Shown piece by piece: positions 63,264-64,000 of a stretch of DNA of 64,000 bases. Both the position numbers and the translations under genes were made by a program. The stretch comes from Alphaproteobacteria bacterium. Lineage in GTDB: Bacteria > Pseudomonadota > Alphaproteobacteria > MPNO01 > UBA830. The notes beneath the pieces are model-generated. The model searched no databases and was not told the origin of the DNA. It saw nothing but the letters and a program-made list of their open reading frames with translations. Each line of letters starts with the position of its first letter. Positions within the stretch are counted from its first letter, which is position 1. Location of the stretch: contig OZ219790.1 in NCBI GenBank assembly GCA_964291215.2, forward strand, positions 1,760,001-1,824,000, in the 5' to 3' direction.

Positions 63264-64000
63264 TCGTCGCCGGCCATCTCCATGAACCGGAATCATCGGC
63301 TCGCGTCGCCGCGTCGCTAGCGCGCACCGATTCGGGTTTCTTGCTGACCGGCATCGAGGGCAGACCCGAATCCCCGGTGACGATCCGCCGAACAGGCTGG
63401 CGGCTGGCCGGCGTTCCGCAGTCGGTCACCTTCGAGGACGGCAGGCGCTTCCTGCCGTCGCACGAGGTGCCGCCGGGCTTCTTCAGCGGCGAGGAGAGCG
63501 GGCGATGGCTATGGATCGACAGGCTGGAACGCCTTCGCTGGGCCGGATTGATTATCGTGCTAGCCGGTCTCGTCATCGGTGCCGCCGGCGTCAGGGCCGC
63601 GATGCCGGTCGTTGCCGACTTCGCCGTCGGTCTGGTTCCCGCAAGTCTGGAGGCCGAGATCGGCAGGCGAGCATTCAGAAGCCTGGACGGCCTGCTGCTC
63701 TCCGGGAGCCGACTCCGCCCCGACCGGAAATCGCGGATCAGGTCCGCGGCGCGCGCCCTCGCGGCACGGGGCGGTCTGGAGAGGGTTCCGGAAATCGTCT
63801 TTCGCGAAACCCCGATCCTCGGCGCCAACGCCTTCGCCCTGCCCGGCGGGCCCGTGCTGGTTACCGACGGGCTGGTCAAGCTCCTCGACGACAACATGAC
63901 AGTTGCCGTCCTCGCCCACGAGTTCGGACATATCGAGAAGCGGCACGGCCTGCGGCGGATTGTGCGCGCGGGCGGGCTGGTTCTCGTGGCATCCATGGTT
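63260..64000 (+). CDS. M48 family metallopeptidase (3'-partial)
   Basis: GTG overlaps the yjgN stop; NAFALPGG, VTDGL, AVLAHEFGHIEKRH (HExxH). Confidence 0.85.
   Translation, partial: MIVAGHLHEPESSARVAASLARTDSGFLLTGIEGRPESPVTIRRTGWRLAGVPQSVTFEDGRRFLPSHEVPPGFFSGEESGRWLWIDRLERLRWAGLIIVLAGLVIGAAGVRAAMPVVADFAVGLVPASLEAEIGRRAFRSLDGLLLSGSRLRPDRKSRIRSAARALAARGGLERVPEIVFRETPILGANAFALPGGPVLVTDGLVKLLDDNMTVAVLAHEFGHIEKRHGLRRIVRAGGLVLVASMV

Overview
High-GC bacterial DNA, alphaproteobacterial by gene content (GcrA-like, DUF2794, YcgN, TRAP, Trb-type T4SS remnant). The left ~41 kb is largely an accessory region: fragments of an integrative/conjugative element (large serine recombinases, ParB, trbG/trbI, DUF2274/DUF736) carry three intact toxin-antitoxin pairs (TacAT-like, DinJ-YafQ, AbiEi/AbiEii) and an intact TcmP + DUF5131 pair. 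These fragments are cut by many deletion-riddled IS remnants (IS30, IS256, three copies of one IS66, IS630, IS110, IS4, ISKra4-like, ISAs1-like) and one decayed group II intron. Ordinary host genes occupy 1-1458, ~27.9-35.7 kb and 41.2-64 kb. The most notable signals are: (i) an IS110 element whose non-coding left end has bridge-RNA architecture, with loop sequences matching its own target and donor sites, a CT core, a circle-junction promoter and a passenger ORF, plus a second divergent copy of that end; (ii) an IS66 carrying a remnant Dam/D12-type methyltransferase; (iii) the TcmP/DUF5131 module beside AbiE; (iv) two serine recombinases joined tail-to-tail through a quasi-palindromic att-like core. 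All family calls are from motif recognition by eye; no searches were run.
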